Source of the DNA: Chlorokybus atmophyticus
Taxonomy: Eukaryota; Plantae; Mesostigma and Chlorokybus algae
Reading direction: 5' to 3'
Length of the DNA: 64,000 nt
Assembly: GCA_009103225.1 (NCBI GenBank)
Contig: RHPI01001327.1
Span: forward strand, 248,001-312,000
Shown: positions 50,904 to 64,000 of the stretch, in pieces
How the letters are laid out: each line of letters begins with the position of its first letter
Numbering within the stretch: the first letter of the stretch is position 1
Made by a program: the position numbers and the translations under genes
The notes under the pieces: model-generated
Told to the model about the DNA's origin: nothing
Seen by the model: the letters and a program-made list of their open reading frames with translations, nothing else
Databases searched by the model: none

Positions 50904-51751
50904 GGCAGGCAGCCTCTGTGAGTTACAAGGACAATTTCCTGCAAGCCAGGCGTAATGTATGCAGACATTGTTAAGGTGGTGTTGCTAAGAGGCATGTGAT
51001 CTCCGTTGGTAGTCAGAATACGTCATATGCGTCACAATGCAGTACTGCCTTGCCTAGGTCGGCTTGGTGCATGTAAATGTTCGAAGGTGACCACCCTGTT
51101 TCCTATGTAAAGCCACACAGCCTGCTTAGTTTGTTAAGTTGTTAGCTTCCTGCAGCCTGTCCACGAGGTGCTTCAACTATGCTGTGCTGTGTGCGCAACC
51201 GTAGCTGACTTATTCACTAGAATTGATCCACAACATGCTACACCTGTGCAATCACATGCTTGGCCACATACTCAGCCAGTGCAACGAGCTTCGGCTCACA
51301 CAGCCATACTCAAACGTGCAGTTGCTGCGTGCAGTTGCTGCAGTGCAGAAAGCTCATGTACTGAAGTGTGATTGTACGAGAATATGAACAATCCTGCAGC
51401 CTCCATCATGCAGACCTTGCTCAACGTGTATGCACAGTGGATGCGATGGAAGCACGCTTATGTGAGTCACCAGAGTGGCAAGCTACATCTGCGAGACAAT
51501 GGCGGTCAGCACAAGGTGTGATGACTCACGAAGTCGTCCATGGCTGGCGGTGAGTCACCGCCAGTGACACTACAACGAGTAGGCGACAGCAATGTTGGTG
51601 CGGCGTTTCCAGCCATAGGAGACTTACTAGAGCACAGAGTGATCAGAATGTCATGTGAAATAAATGCGCATACTATACAATCAAGTAATATCAACATACA
51701 GATGTGCCCCCTGGCTGTGACGCTTTCCCGGCACCATTCCTGCAGGGGTTG

Positions 51752-53646
51752 TCACTCTTCCACCGCGACAAGCCACATGAGGAACCACTCAGCGATGTCA
51801 AGAGGAAGTAGTAGCAGGCTCAAAGGGAACGGAAGGCCAAAGCCGTTGGAAATCTGCTGATAAAAGCCAAACAGGGCAAAGGCGCCGGCAATGCCAATGA
51901 ATGTGATCGATGACTCGTTGATGTCCGAAACTCCATCATTGTCAAAGTCTATGAACTTGCCTCTGCGTGCACAGTACTCAAGCAGGGCCTGTCAAACGTT
52001 TTGCAGATGTCAGCAATGCACTCTCTGTATCTGGTGCACGTCACACCTGTAGCCTCAGACAAGCTACTGTTGCAAAGGGGCTGATATTGTCAATGGCACA
52101 ACAGTGCGGTGTAGCGCAGCATTGGCTGTGGTTGGTTGTGCACAAAGATTCCATGCTATGTTAACATGACTGTCTTATGGAAACGGATGTGACAACAAAT
52201 TGAGACCCACCTTGGTAAACATATGGGCGCCACGCAGAGCTGAGTGGAAGGAGCTGATGATGCGTTGGATAAACCAGGCAAGGCTGACACCAGCCAACTT
52301 GCAAGCGTAGTGCAGAAGCACTGGCACCCACTTTGCATACTCCCGCGGGACGAGCTGCGCATGATGTAGCCACGTTGTAGAATGCCATCTCTCAACAAAA
52401 CTGGCAAACCATGCCAACATGCAGTGTCATGACCATATGTTCAAATCGGCGACTGTCAAAGAACTTGCCGGCAGAATGGCTGGGCCCAGCACTCTATTCA
52501 CAGCAGCAAAGCATATGTCGCCAATGGACGTCCCCAAAGCTATTGTCTTTGCAAAGCGTATGCGCAAGGCAGCCACTACTGCCATCAACCCTGTCCCATG
52601 CAGAGTGCTCCTGTGAGCACAACTGCAGCAGCTTGACAGCTTTGCATAGAAGTTCCGAAGTTGCTAAAATGCTATGTCATGTACCTGCATAGAGGGCTCC
52701 AATTGCTGTGGAAAGCCGGTTGGGGTCTACAGACTTCAGCGCGAGCGCAATCTTGCGGCGAGCCCATTCTTCGTTGCTGATCTGAAGGACGTCAGCGATG
52801 CCATCTCGATTGGCATCCACCTAAACAGACGTGTCTGGCCTTCAGCAAGGCACTGAGAGGTGACACAAGGTTGAAGTTCAATTGCAGTGCTGACCTTATC
52901 ATCTTTATGCGATGCTGCCTGAGCCAACTTGAAGTTGTGCACCATATCTTGCAAAGCCTGCAATGCAACGGCAACAGCATATTATACATTTAACATCAAC
53001 ATGCATGTTGACCTGACAACTGCTGATCTCAGCATGTTCTCCAGTCTCCTACATTTCACTTGGACTGGCAAGCAGAGTGTTATAGCATGGTCAGTGTCAT
53101 GGCAGTCAAGTACCGTTTGTGTGGATGACCAGCCAACTATCCTGTAAGCTTCCACGGCAGCAATCAGTGTCAAGAACCTCCCGCCAAAGAACACCATGAC
53201 CAGACCGAAGATCATGGGCAGCCATTCCTCGGGATGGTACGGCTGCAGCTTCGCATAGACGGCAAGGCTCGCCCGCCACACAGCAGCAACTGAAGGTTAA
53301 ACAGCAATTTCAAGTAATCTGAAGATTGAGCAGCAATAGGCTTCTCTGCAGCAAATAACAAGCAATGCAATATTGAGTGGCTGAAACCCTAGCCCCTGCA
53401 TGCACATGCAGGCACCTGCAGGGACGACCGCCCTGAGAGCGCCCACGGCGCTGAGAGCTACGGGAGTGGCTGACGCAAGTACGCCTGTCAAAGCAGACGA
53501 AGACACGGACGGCTGCCCCGAGCGGGCGGTGCCGGCCGCCGCCATTGCCTCCAACCAAGACCACGACTACGACACCTACGTCCCACTCTGGTGCTGTCAA
53601 CGCCGCAGTATTGTTGAAGGCACGTGAAAGCAGCAGCGCACGACAT
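51752..53646 (-). CDS. Conserved uncharacterised multi-pass membrane protein with DANRDG EF-hand-like motif
   Basis: LPMIFGLVMVFFGGRFLTLIAAVEAYR, VDANRDGIADVLQI...KSVDPNRLSTAIGALY, ALRIRFAKTIALGTSIG, WFIQRIISSFHSALRG, GFGLPFPLSLLLLPL. Confidence 0.75.
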
Positions 53647-56411
53647 GGAGCCTAACCTATGTCGTATCATTGGGGGGCACCGAAATGCAAAATTGGAACC
53701 CTTTTGTCTACGAAGACCCGCGGAGTCACCGGGCGGCCGGCGCCCCCGCCGTCGGCCCGGCTCCGGTTAACCGTGGTGTCGGCGGCTGACGCCCGTTGCG
53801 CCGACGCTGGGGCGGTGGTGTTGGCGGGCGGGCGGGAAGGCGGCGAACTCCTTGCCGCCTGCGCCCGGCAAGCAGCGGAGCGAGAGCGGCGGAGGGCAGG
53901 GTGGTGTGAGCGGGCGGAAAGGCGAGCTTCCCGCCGTTCACTCGCAGCAATAGACGGCGGCGCAGGGCAGGTTGGTGTGGGTAGGCGGGAGACAGCCGGG
54001 CAGGAGCGAAGTAGAGGGGCGGGAGCGAAAAGCAGCCGGTTTCTCATATGTAGGTTGGTATCATACCTGTTGCTTGGTCTTGTGAGCAGGCGCTAAAGTC
54101 GCAGGGTTGTGCTTTGTGCAGGCTGTGTATTTTTGTCGTATGGTTGTCTTGTTAGCAATCGATGAAGTCGCAGGGTTTGTGCTTTATGTAGGCTTGCTAC
54201 TTTGTTTCGTTGGTAATAGCTTCATTGTTGACATATTAAATGGCTTGACTTATTGCAATGCTTTAAGATTGTGTGCATGACTGGCTAACGCATACACTCA
54301 GACTGCATGCAGCAGTGCACATGATCGGGGACTGAATAGTTACAGGATTTGTACAAACTGTTGGCGCGCACACGCACACACACTGCATGCAGTTGTACGA
54401 GTGTAAGAGTGTGTACATGACAGGCGACAGTTGTAGGGTTTGCTGTATGTGTAGGCACACGCATGCCCTCACACCCACACACGCGCACGCACACACATCA
54501 TGCCACACACATTCACGCACACACCCAGCAGACACCAATTTCGACCGAATTAGTGCACTTGTGAACTACTGGAACTATGCAGGCGCACATGCAAACGCAC
54601 ATGCACATGCACACACGCACAGTGCACGCAATAGTTATATGAGTGCAAGAGTGCGACAATTGCAGGGTTTCTTGTATGTGTATGCACGAACGTGCACCCA
54701 GCAAGCAGTATGCACGTGCACGCACCTAGCAAACAGCTGCCCAATTATACCACTTGTATCTCGACTTCAGGCATGATATTCAATGTGGCACATGCACATG
54801 CTCAACTCTCAACTGAATCAAGGCATGCCTCCTTTTCTACTTCATCATCGTCCGGAGCTTTGCGCTTGCTGGAACGTTGCGCGTGCAGCTGTGTGATCGA
54901 CATTGCTTTTCCTAAACGGTGTTGTGCTGGGTCATTCCTGTGAGCATCAAGTTGCGATGCTGCATCCTCGGAAATGTGAAGGTCCTTGGCCGTCTTCATT
55001 ACGTGCTGATATGTGATGTTGCGCTTGTCAAAAGCTTCGCCATGGCGCGGTCTCCCAACCACCACGCAGTCTTATACAATTGCACAAGCTCTCTAGCTGC
55101 TGGCCCACCATCCAAGCCAGATGTGTATTCCGTCCAGATGTCTATCACAGTAGACAACTCCTTCTGCAACTAATACCTTGGTGGAACGTCGCGTGCACTC
55201 TGAGCTTCAGGAGGTTGTCGCGATGTTGTTTGACGATGTGCATCTCTTGTAGACGCTGCAACAGAGGGTACGCCATTGCATGCTGAGCTGTCCGAAACGA
55301 ATTGCACTCCCTGCTGTGTGAATCCTCCACAGATCATACGCTCCATGCGAGCAAGTTAGCATCCACATATGCCTCAAAGGCAATTAGCATCTGCTGCTGC
55401 GCTGTTACATCGTGCATCACCATCTGCAATAGCCGCTTTTGCTGTCGCATGATGACGGCAATCTTGACAAGAGTCAATATCAACATATGTTGATTCATAC
55501 ATACATGCATGCTATCAATTGTGTATAAACAGTTTGACACAATAGAATACATATTTATGAACAGATACACATCATACATCTCGGAAACTTACCCGGGACT
55601 GCGGCCATTTCACCGTCGTTAATGGTAGTCAATATCATGTGTTGCATGTCAGGCTTGGGCCAGCCCTTGTTGCCTACTGACGGTTGCTGCTTGTAACACC
55701 TGTAACTTACGCATAATCATCACATATATGATGTTATATACGTACGGCTAACATGCGCTTTGATTATTTTCTCATACGTTTTGTTAAAAACGAACGTTTA
55801 TGATATGCTATGTACAATTATGATATAATTCAAATCTGATAAAAGCGCATTACAGAAATACGTGTTTATCAAGCAAACTACTGTAAATTATTGCTACATA
55901 AGCGTATTATTATCAACATAGATGATACATCGTGTTACAACATCGTACAATAATAAAGATCACAATGTATTATAATGGTTCAACCGAATTCTCAAGGACT
56001 GTCAATTATTGCAAAGATTAAAAGCCACATCAATGTTGATGTGACTATTTTGATAAACACTTGTATACTTGCACCATAATACCAATTTAAACCTGCCACC
56101 CATAGTCATACATGATCACACTTTTTGCCTTGCTTGTCTTGTGCAAATAGCACCAGGTATCGGTAATAACACTGTTGCTGGGGCGTAGGCATCTTGGCGC
56201 AGATTCTTGCAGCCGGGGTCTGCTCCGCTCTTACCAAACCGCGGCATTGCAGCCGATTCAGACCTTGAACCTGGTACCAACAGCAGCCGACTTAAGACCC
56301 GACACCAGCGCAACAGCGTCGGCGAAGGATGCCCGCCTGCTAAAAAGCAGCGCGGATCGCAGTGCGCTACGCACGGACGAGAAAGCGCCGCGCATACTGC
56401 AAAGCCTCGGC

Positions 56412-56419
56412 TAGGGTTT
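56412..56419. promoter_or_regulatory. Telo-box upstream of eEF2
   Basis: TAGGGTTT in the CpG-rich leader; a second TTAGGGTT lies at 57067-57074 in intron 2. Confidence 0.5.
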
Positions 56420-56556
56420 TGTGTTGGCCCTCTTGCGCGGCGCCGGTGTTGGCGTAAGCGGCGGCAGCGGCGGTGGTGTTGAGGGTGGCGGTGTCCCCCT
56501 CGTTTGCTCTGTCCTGTACATCGCCTTGGCGGCGCGGGTGACAGAGGGTCGTCAAG

Positions 56557-59500
56557 ATGGTAAGAAGTTTCGTTGTGTGCAGTATGCTGCGCGTACAGCT
56601 GCCAGCTGTACGCGCCGGTTTGCATGCTGCTTAGATGTCATCGGGTTGCCAACAAGTTGCTGGGGTAGTTGTTGTCCAGATGGAAGGATGCACGTAATTG
56701 CTTGTTTGATGGTACCTCGGGTTCGGAATGACGTGCGTTTTGCTGTGGAAGCTATGTGCTTTGCAGATATGGGCTTTCATGCGGTTTCTTGGGTCGCTCT
56801 CTGGGTTTGCGTTTGGGCGCTATGGTCTTCCAGAGCTGTGGTTCGCAGCTTCATACCGTTCGTTGTTGGTACGGTTGCTTATGCGATGGCTGTGCGAACA
56901 GGTCAAGTTTACGATCGAGGAGATTCGCGGTATCATGGACAAGCAGAACAACATCCGTAACATGTCTGTGATTGCCCATGTCGACCACGGTGAGTTGCCC
57001 GCTTACTGTGTCTAGGATGCGTGCTGATGCTCATATGTAGCAACGTAAAGGCAGTCAATATCATTGTTAGGGTTAGCACCGCTAGTTGCTGTGCGACTGC
57101 AGGTCGGCAGGTAAAGCCGCTGAGCTATGGTTGTGCTGCAGGCAAGTCAACACTGACAGATTCACTGGTGGCCTCTGCTGGTATCATTGCTGTGGAGTCT
57201 GCTGGCGATGTCCGCCTTACAGATACCCGTCAGGATGAGCAGGATCGCGGTATCACTATCAAGTCTACCGGTATCTCCTTGTACTACCAAATGAGCGAGG
57301 CTTCTCTTGAGGTGTGTTTAGTTCCGGAATGCTTGTCATATGAAGGCAACATTGATGCTCAACCGCATCAATTTGGTAGGGGCTGGAAGGTACTCGTCAA
57401 GGCAACGACTTCCTCATTAACCTGATTGACTCTCCTGGGCATGTCGACTTCTCTTCAGAGGTGACGGCTGCCCTGCGTATTACTGATGGTGCGTTGGTGG
57501 TGGTGGACTGCGTGGAGGGAGTGTGTGTGCAGACAGAGACAGTGCTTCGCCAAGCGCTTGGTGAACGTATTAGGCCTGTAAGTTTTGTTACTCAATAGAT
57601 GCCTTATTTGTATTCACCATTGCTGTTGCAACCTTGCTAACCTCTGTGAGTGAACAGGTGTTGACTGTGAACAAGCTGGATCGTTGTTTCCTTGAGCTTC
57701 AGCTTGAGGCCGAGGAGGCTTACTTGACCTATCAGCGTGTGATTGAGAATGCCAATGTCATCATTGCCACCTATGAAGACAAGCTGCTTGGTGATGTGCA
57801 GGTAAGAGTTCCAAGCTTATCTACTGCCCTGTTTGTCATGTCCGGTACCCGTGACTATGACGCCGTAATTGTCTCTCACAAACGCAGTTGATTTAGTGCC
57901 CTGTTTGTGGCAGGTTTACCCTGAGAAGGGTACTGTCTCTTTCTCAGCCGGCCTGCACGGTTGGGCCTTCACACTGACTTCCTTTGCCAAGATGTATGCT
58001 GACAAGTTCGGCATTGATGTCAAGAAAATGATGGAGAAGCTGTGGGGTGACAACTTCTTTGATCCTGCCACCAAGAAGTGGACAAAGAAGTCAACTGGCA
58101 CGGCCACCTGCAAGCGTGGTTTCTGTCAGTTTGTTTATGAGCCCATTCGTGTTGTGATCGATGCTGCCATGAACGATCAGCGCGACAAGCTATTCGCTAT
58201 GCTTGGAAAGCTGGGCGTTGACAAGAAGCTGAAGCCGGAAGACAAGCAGCTCATGGGCAAACCACTGATGAAGCGTGTCATGCAATGCTGGCTGCCGGCT
58301 AACGAGGCACTGCTGGAGATGATGATTCATCACCTCCCCTCCCCGGCAAAGGCACAGAAGTACCGTGTGGAGAACTTGTACGAGGGTCCGTTGGACGACA
58401 AGTACGCACAGGCCATCCGGTCTTGTGACCCTGAAGGGCCTCTCATGATGTATGTGTCGAAGATGATTCCTGCCGCAGACAAGGGTCGGTTCTTTGCCTT
58501 CGGGCGCGTCTTCGCCGGCAAAATCTCCACTGGCATGAAGGTCCGCATTATGGGCCCCAACTATATCCCCGGCCAGAAGAAGGATCTGTACAACAAGAGT
58601 GTCCAGCGCACTGTGCTGTGCATGGGCAGGCGACAGGAGTCCGTGGAGGATGTGCCTTGTGGCAACACAGTCGCACTTGTTGGTCTGGACCAGTTCATTA
58701 CCAAGAATGCCACCCTCACTGGCGAGAAGGAAGTGGACGCTCACCCTATCAAGGCCATGAAGTTCTCTGTCTCCCCTGTCGTGCGTGTCGCTGTTGAGTG
58801 CAAGGTGGCCTCCGATTTGCCCAAGCTGGTGGAAGGTCTGAAGCGGCTTGCCAAGTCGGACCCTATGGTTCTCTGCAGCATTGAGGAGACTGGCGAGCAC
58901 ATTATTGCTGGAGCTGGCGAGCTTCACTTGGAAATTTGCCTCAAGGATCTGCAGGACGACTTCATGGGTGGTGCCGAGATTCGGGTTTCTGACCCCGTCG
59001 TGTCGTTCCGCGAGACTGTTGCTGACAAGTCAGATCACACCTGCATGTCCAAGTCGCCAAACAAGCACAACAGGTTGTACTTTGAGGCTCGCCCTCTTGA
59101 GGAGGGTCTTGCTGAGGCGATTGATGAAGGCCGCATTGGCCCACGCGATGAGCCCAAGGCTCGCGGAAAGATTCTCACTGAGGAGTTTGGCTGGGATAAG
59201 GAAGTTGCGCGCAAGATCTGGTGCTTTGGCCCTGACACTACGGGACCCAACCTGGTGGTGGACATGTGTAAGGGAGTGCAGTATCTGAATGAAATCCAAG
59301 ACTCCATTGTTGCCGCATTCCAGTGGGCAACCAAGGAGGGCGTGCTTTGCGAGGAGAATATGCGCGGCATTGCCTTTGAAGTGTGCGACGTGGTGCTGCA
59401 CACAGATGCTATCCATCGTGGTGGTGGCCAGATTATCCCAACTGCCCGCCGCGTGTTCTATGCTTGCCAGCTTACCGCCCGCCCTCGTCTGCTCGAGCCC

Positions 59501-59848
59501 GTGTACCTTGTGGAAATCCAGGCACCTGAGAACGCCTTGGGCGGTATCTATGGTGTCCTGAATCAAAAGCGTGGCCATGTATTTGAGGAAATGCAGCGTC
59601 CCGGCACCCCCATCTACAACATCAAGGCATACCTGCCTGTCACAGAGTCTTTTGGCTTCACAAGCACCCTGCGCGCTGCGACATCAGGACAGGCCTTCCC
59701 CCAGTGTGTGTTCGATCACTGGGACGTGATGAACAGCGATCCCCTTGATTCAACAACCACCTCCGGTCAGCTGGTGCTGGATGTGCGCAAGCGCAAGGGC
59801 ATCAAGCCAACGGTACAGCCCCTCGCTGAGTATGAGGACAAGTTGTAA
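56557..59848 (+). CDS. EEF2: Eukaryotic translation elongation factor 2
   Basis: ATG 56557-56559, an intron, then VKFTIEEIR...[50 protein letters not shown], the diphthamide loop [11 protein letters not shown], and the end LAEYEDKL*. Confidence 0.99.
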
Positions 59849-60314
59849 GCTGGGCATCTTGGACATTTTGTCACTCGTAGGGCTGTGTATTGCATATTAC
59901 AGTTGGAACAATGACCATGGCGCAGCTAGTAGGGCTTATTAGTAGCGCAGGTGGCACGCATCTATAGCATGATTTTCCTGTTGTTTGTTTATACTGGTAC
60001 AGTGGGTTGCGTTGTTGCTGTCCATGTGTGCCAGTGCTGTGCTCTTGTACTGGTTGATCATTTGCGTGTTGCTTGCGCAGAGGTTGTCTGCTTCCCATTT
60101 CACAACTCTATCTGCAGAATGTTTGCGCCTGCTCTGTGTGGCAGTCTGGCCAGTGCCTGCCTGGCTGGGCGGATTCATCAAGGACTGTCTTAAAATGCGC
60201 TGGCAGACTTCACGCAGAATGTAGCTCTGGGGCCGTACGCGCAGTTAATAAGTCTTAGAGCATGTCTTTTTCGTTGGCTGCATTTCGTTCATTGAGATAG
60301 ATCACTCTGTGCGA

Positions 60315-60761
60315 ACCATGAAGGTTTATTTTCTAGGGATGAGCTGCGTACATAAAACCAATGCAGTGTGCAGAAACTCTCCAAGACTATTCTACACATG
60401 CAATAATTGACTTGCACGCATGCAACATGTTGAGCACCAACTTGCGCCTTTTGTCTGGTAAGCTCGGTTGCATACTGTGCGTTGCTGCGATGTGAATGTA
60501 TACAGAAAATGCGCAACACGTATGCACATGCACGATTGTGCTCACCATGAAGGCTATTATTCTAGGGATGAGTTGTGTACGTAAAACCAATGCAGTGTGC
60601 GGAAACTCTCCAGGACTATTCTACACATGCAATAATTGCCTTGCACGCGTGCAACATGTTGAGCACCAACTTGCGCCTTTTATCTGGTAAGCTCGGTTGC
60701 ATACTGTGCGTTGCTGCGACGTGAATGTGTACAGAAAATGCGCAACACGTATGCACATGCA
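60315..60761. repeat. Tandem duplication, period 229 bp
   Basis: The unit starting ACCATGAAGG at 60315 recurs at 60544 with high identity. Confidence 0.9.
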
Positions 60762-63405
60762 TGACACATGCAATGGACTCAGCATGACCACATTGTGTTT
60801 GTTATTAGCATTACTCATAATAGTTCAATCACTGTTGCAGCCAACCATGTCTCGAGGGCAATTGAGCAAATTTTAAATTGATACTGTGCATCGACCGTTT
60901 TATAGCGCCATCATTTTAAGTTGATACGGTTGGTTGCAACCGGCAATAATATGTGCTATATCATGTGCACATACTTGAAGTGATCGGAGCTGTTGTTCAC
61001 GCAAGGCTTGGCCCGCATTCATGCATGCAGACTGTGCATGTTCTTAAATGCTTTTAGGCTGCTTGGCATTTTCGCTTGCGTACAGCAATGTCATGAGCTA
61101 TCAATGTTTCGTAAATAAACTTGAATATCATTAACACATCAACAACAACATTGAGCAATGGTTTTATGAATGTGTCAATGAGCTCCAGAATGTTATAGTA
61201 ATTGCGAGATCTTTATTAATTTTGGGAAGTGTTTTGCATACTCAACATGGTGCAGTTCTCCAATCATTGAATTGTTAGCAATGCGCATGCATGGTTAAAT
61301 TCAATACAAAATGATTACAACATGCATTGATAGCAATTTTAAATAATATTCGTATTTAAAACAGCAGTGGCAGTAAAGATACCAACATTGATACATGCAT
61401 GACTAACGAGGTCATTTTATTGCTAGAGTTGGTGGCAGGATGGTAGTAGCCCTGGTGGTCACGCATATGGAAAAGAAAAAGGCCCTCCGTCGCATCAACA
61501 GCAACACGCACAATTGTGTCAGAAGCCATGTGAAGACCCAAATCTAGTTTTGGAACATATAAGAATTCCAGATGAGGTGCAAAAGTAAAATTGAGGCTTG
61601 AAGAACGGCAAGGTTGTCACGCCTATAGGTTGGCGAAAGTCATTCTCTGTTTCTTACTTATGTCAATATGAAGGACTAAGTTGAGATTCCGGATGTCAAG
61701 TTGTGTAGTGCTTCGCAGGTGTATTCATGCGGTCGTGCTCATGTTTCTTTATGAGTCGTGGGCACAATATACTACACAAGGCATTTATGCGAGGCTAGCA
61801 TAGAGCATAGAGATGGTCAATGCCTATGGCATGTGAGCCTTTATTATTGCGAGTATTGCAAGTTGCCACCAGAAGTGGCGGTTACAAGATTTTGATCCAA
61901 GCTGGCAAACCACATGATGTGTACTGTGGAAGTGTGATTTGCCACATGTGTAACAGTTGCAAGGCAAGTAGTGCCTGTGGGCAATCCGCAAGTACATGTG
62001 TAGTATGAGAGCCTGAGGTTGAGATTCCGAGGTTGAATTGTTACTTGTGGACCCGAGGTGGTTTGATACTCCCGAGGTGGAGTTTTTTGGTTCCGATGTT
62101 GGAACAAGGTCAGCGCATAGTGACAAGGCTTAGGTGGCCTTGGACATCCTGTGTCAGGTCGGGACAGCAATATGTGGTATATATGATGAGTTGCATCTTT
62201 GGGTGGGGATCCGATTGGTAGTGACAACAGTGTGTGGGGTGCTTGGTTGTTAGTTGAAGGGGCTCTCCCCCTAATCCCTTGTGGGGTGCGGTGTTGTGGT
62301 TGGGGTGGTGCACGTGGGTGTGTTGGGCGTGCGTGTGTGCCTGGGGCTTGAGTTGCGTGAGCGGTAGGTGGTCATCCTCTCCCCCCTTTCTGCGCTGCTG
62401 CAACTTCCCCTGCACCATGGTGCTGGTAGGACTTCCGCTGCAAGTTCTTGGTGCTTGTGCATAACTTTGCCAAGCCCCGATCAGCAAGTAAGTACTGGTA
62501 TCATTGCAAAGGTGATAAGTTAGGTAATGATGCATGCAAAATACGATTTTAATTATTATTAATACCATCACCATGCTTATTTAGCCGCCCCGCGTGTTTT
62601 CCCTCATTTCCCCACTGTAAACTGCCCGAAGCAACAGATGCTGCAAGGAAAGTTATCTGTGCAGTATCTGCCAGCTGGTCTTCATGCGCCATGTGTAGGC
62701 GTGAGGTGAGAGCTGAGACAGCGTAGTAGTATGGATTGCATGAGCATGCACAATGTGTGTGTGTCGATTTATGTGCATGTCGTGCTTGCAACATGATCGA
62801 TGTGTGCAAAGCACTCGGTGCATGCTATATTGGCATTTCAGATAAATGCACACAGCTTTGCATGACATTGTTGCAAGGCAGCTTTAACTTTGTAAATCTT
62901 GCGTTAATATCTCTTCTTTGTTGATATATGCTGTGAGTGGCATAGTGCCACGTCTTCACCCATTGTAGCTACTACTCTAGCTATCATTGATAATTACCAA
63001 TTTACTTCATTCTGCACAGAATGAGAGTTAAGTGCTCGATGACTCCAAATCCTTGTTGCCAGCTGCTGCTTGCATCAACATCTCACCCGTCACCCGTTTA
63101 CCGTCTTACGGCCGTCACTTAAAGTCGCCAGAACAAAAAGGGCCCAACAAATATCGCGAACAGCCGCTTTTCCGGCACTTTCCAGCTGGGCACGAGTTGC
63201 GGTACGATCGCTGGTCATCAGCAGCGATCAATCGACCGACCGATTATCGAGTGTTTTGGGCCAAAACGTTTCAGTGGGTTTGCTAGGCGGCTCGGACAGC
63301 CTGTGAAGAGTCCCAGACTGAACTTGGCCGCAGGCATAAGCATTAGCCTAGTGTACACAACTCAGCTAAGGCAGAGACGGCGGCGAAGTGTCGGTGTTGG
63401 TCAAC

Positions 63406-64000
63406 ATGGCGGCGGTGCATGCCATGAGCTCCTGCAGCTGGGTGGCGCCTGCGACTGTCGCTCTTGAGAGGACTGCTGCCAGCGCAAGGCGCAGCGTCGT
63501 GGACGTGGTGCCGCATGCCGCTGCTTCTGTGTCGAGCCGCAGCGAGTTCCTGCGTGGAGCTGGTCAGTGAGGGTGCAGCTGGCCTGTATTTGCTTAAAAC
63601 TGTGGTCGTCGTGGGCTGGACTGGAAGGGTTCCTTCCGGCTCGTCATGCAGGCACTGGTGGGTGCTTAGCAGAGCTTCTGTTTCTTGCATTTTGCAGGTA
63701 GCAAGCAGCAGGCTGGCCTGCGGTTGCAGGCGTCCACGCCAATGTGCAGGCTTTCTCCTGCTCCCAAGCACATCACAAAGGCAGCCGTTAGTACTGACCT
63801 CTCCACTGACACGTAAGCTGCGCGGTCAAGCGGTTCTTGTGTTTTGTTGCAGGGAGGCATTTGTACCTTGCATGTGTTGGCAATCTCATCGCCGTGGCGT
63901 TGTTGAGTCTGCAAGACCCACAGCGTCTATGTGCGAGCAGGCAAAGCAAGAAGCTTACACAGAAGTCTCGAATAGGCCTCATTGGCTTGGCAGTCATGGG
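63406..64000 (+). CDS. 5' part of a gene with a transit-peptide-like first exon (continues beyond window)
   Basis: MAAVHAMSSCSWVAPATVALERTAASARRSVVDVVPHAAASVSSRSEFLRGA, rich in Ala/Ser/Arg, followed by a GT donor. Confidence 0.5.

Noticed and set aside
58190-59578. Long antisense ORFs opposite eEF2
   Set aside because: Shadow ORFs expected from GC-rich codon usage of a highly expressed gene.
61356-62574. LINE or other TE remnant ORFs
   Set aside because: No RT, endonuclease or transposase motif was recognised.

Overview
Eukaryotic nuclear DNA, most likely from a green alga. Support: GT-AG introns, standard code with TAA stops in RPS23 and eEF2, plant-type RPS23 and BRO1 proteins, a phylloquinone MenG gene, and telo-boxes at several gene starts. 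The window has two parts. (1) About 1-28 kb is an accessory, transposon-rich block. It holds a decayed Plavaka-type DNA transposase. Next to it lie a Zn-finger + Tudor + phage-like C5 cytosine methyltransferase gene, an orphan ORF, a Zn-finger/OTU-protease gene, a divergent orphan gene and a 53-bp repeat array; together these may be one element of at least 14 kb. Two young, independently inserted Gag+protease-only Copia elements with a half-tRNA PBS sit here too. A tandem TRIM has an LTR/PBS junction that rebuilds a tRNA-like Pol III promoter. The block ends with an apparently intact SAM + REase + kinase (Crinkler-type) gene. (2) About 29-64 kb is gene-dense housekeeping DNA: BRO1-like, PSMD9, MenG, a DASH/Dam1 Dad2-like small gene, TAD2, RPS23, HERP-like, dienelactone hydrolase, a conserved membrane protein and eEF2. 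All family assignments are by-eye motif recognition; no searches were run.
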